From positions 2,847 through 17,846 of the forward strand of contig PSLL01000043.1 of the NCBI GenBank assembly GCA_040289575.1: a DNA stretch of 15,000 nt. The letters run 5' to 3'. The notes beneath the pieces are model-generated. The model saw only the letters and a program-made list of their open reading frames with translations. It had not been told where the DNA came from and searched no databases. A program made the translations under genes and the position numbers. Below, piece by piece: positions 14,727 through 15,000 of this stretch (positions are counted from its first letter, which is position 1; every line of letters begins with the position of its first letter). The DNA comes from Candidatus Dadabacteria bacterium (GTDB lineage: Bacteria; Desulfobacterota_D; UBA1144; Nemesobacterales; CSP1-2).

Positions 14727-14999
14727 CTACAAAACACCCGCGATAACCAATATCACCCTTTGGTGTCCGATAAATGGCAGAGAAAATTTCTTATACTCTA
14801 TAAGTTTAATGTTTTGATCTGCCCTTATTTCATTCCACTCTTCTAGTCCCCTTTTTCCCCTCATAAGTATAATTCTCCCGCCCTCTCTAAGATAAGGGAT
14901 GCCGAGTTTTATCAGTTTCTCAATACTGCCCACAGCCCTTGATATGACAAAATCAAAATATTGCCTTGGAACCTCATCAAAAATATCCTCAGCCCTGCC
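14727..14999 (-). CDS. rsmG: 16S rRNA (guanine(527)-N7)-methyltransferase, 3' part (runs off the window)
   Basis: Frame open to the window edge: GRAEDIFDEVPRQYFDFVISRAVGSIEKL...LREGGRIILMRGK...HQRVILVI; RAE, FD.V.SRAV and GG...M(K/R)G motifs of RsmG/GidB. Confidence 0.88.
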   Translation of the reverse strand, partial: GRAEDIFDEVPRQYFDFVISRAVGSIEKLIKLGIPYLREGGRIILMRGKRGLEEWNEIRADQNIKLIEYKKFSLPFIGHQRVILVIAGVL

Positions 15000-15000
15000 A

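Overview
Bacterial chromosomal window (diderm: it encodes a porin and a lipoprotein) in which intact housekeeping genes are interleaved with decaying accessory genes. Left: a SEC-C protein and an AarF/UbiB/ABC1 kinase (+). Centre (3197-6999, all minus strand) is the most interesting part, a putative iron/metal-regulated locus. It contains two small paralogous CxC proteins, a truncated ceruloplasmin-type multicopper oxidase lipoprotein, a coiled-coil beta-barrel porin, a periplasmic FMN-binding (flavinylation-motif) protein and a His-bearing 4-TM membrane protein, with two matching Fur-type palindromes (TGAAAATnATTTTCA) upstream. Next come a frameshifted YvlD/holin-like gene, aguA, an aguB lacking its catalytic-Glu segment, an unannotated small ORF, a DEAD-box helicase, a decayed DUF4258/DUF2283 toxin-antitoxin pair, a stand-alone LigD phosphoesterase, an ArsA/GET3 ATPase, a decayed antitoxin/PIN toxin pair absent from the ORF track, a secreted hypothetical protein and the 3' end of rsmG. 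Family names come from motif recognition by eye, not database searches.
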